Positions 63,307 through 64,000 of a stretch of 64,000 bases of DNA are shown here, in pieces. Under the pieces are notes generated by a model. That model did not search any database, was not told where the DNA came from, and was given only the letters and a program-made list of their open reading frames with translations. Numbering within the stretch: the stretch's first letter is position 1; each line of letters starts with the position of its first letter. The position numbers and the translations under genes were made by a program. The stretch comes from an uncultured delta proteobacterium (GTDB lineage Bacteria; Myxococcota_A; Polyangia; Haliangiales; Haliangiaceae), in contig CAVUQH010000003.1 of NCBI GenBank assembly GCA_963743525.1, positions 1,056,001-1,120,000 of the forward strand, written 5' to 3'.

Positions 63307-64000
63307 GCCGTGACTCCCAGGTAGGAGCGAAGGACTTCGGGATGGTTCCGGACGTGCGCCGGCGGACCCTGGGTGACGACGTGGCCGGAGGCGAGGGCCA
63401 CGATCTCGTCGCAGAGCCCCATCACCAGGGGCATGTCGTGTTCGATGAGCACGAGCGTGGCACCGAGGTACGAGGCCAGGTTTCGCAGCACCGGCTCGAG
63501 CGCCTCGGTCTCGGCTTGGGCGATGCCGGCCGCCGGCTCGTCGAGGATGAGGACCTCGGGTTCCACGGCGGCGGCCGCCGCCAGCTCGCAGAGCCGCAGC
63601 ATGCCCGTGGACATCTCCGCCGGGGTCTTGTCGGCATGGGCGGTCATACCCACCAGCTCGAGTGCCTGGTCGGCTCGTTCGGCCACCCGTCGCTCGTCGG
63701 CGCGCGCCGAGGCGGTGCCCAGCACCGATCGGAAGAAGCCGGACCCACGCATGTGGTGGTGCTGGACGGTGGCGAGGACCTCCCGGATTGGCATCGACTT
63801 GAACAGGCGTGCGTTCTGGAACGTGCGACCCAGACCCAGTCCGACCCGGGCCTCGGGCGGCAACCCGACCAGCTCGACGGGCGCGTCGCCGGTGTGCAGC
63901 AGGATGCTGCCCGACGGCTTCAGGAAGCCGGAGATGCAGTCGAACAGCGTGGTCTTGCCGGCACCGTTGGGCCCGATGACCCCGGTGATGGTCCCCCGCT
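63303..64000 (-). CDS. Branched-chain amino acid ABC transporter ATPase (LivG-like; 5' truncated by window)
   Basis: GPNGAGKTT, GRTFQNARLF, LDEPAAG, LIEHDM, VLRSYLG. Confidence 0.92.

Overview
High-GC actinobacterial chromosome segment. Gene content and order (Kgd fusion, NucS, UvrD2, MhuD-like, SepIVA-like, plus PlsX/AcpP) suggest Acidimicrobiia, but that is an inference. About 66 protein-coding genes were reconstructed, many across indel frameshifts that look like long-read or MAG consensus errors, so several boundaries are approximate. Core blocks: moxR-DUF58-VWA; the DAK2-recG-rsmD-coaD-sepIVA-yceD-rpmF-plsX-acpP-rnc-fpg-smc superoperon; pckG; galK; uvrD2-xth; kgd; ktrAB; ettA; cysDNC/cysQ; nucS; livGF-like ABC ATPases. 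No rRNA, tRNA, CRISPR array, transposase or prophage was seen. Most interesting items: a Regnase-like NYN/PIN nuclease fused to S1 and a histone-H1-like tail; an in-frame MBL-hydrolase/5-formyl-THF cyclo-ligase fusion; an encapsulin plus encapsulated-ferritin operon with a convergent Sm/Hfq-like small gene; an Fpg lacking the catalytic Pro; a degenerate histidine-kinase-like protein; a SARP/BTAD-hydrolase-cyclase-like regulator; a family of GAGTTCG-containing intergenic palindromes; and two in-frame amber codons that both trace to CCAGG->CTAGG changes, a possible m5C methylation footprint.
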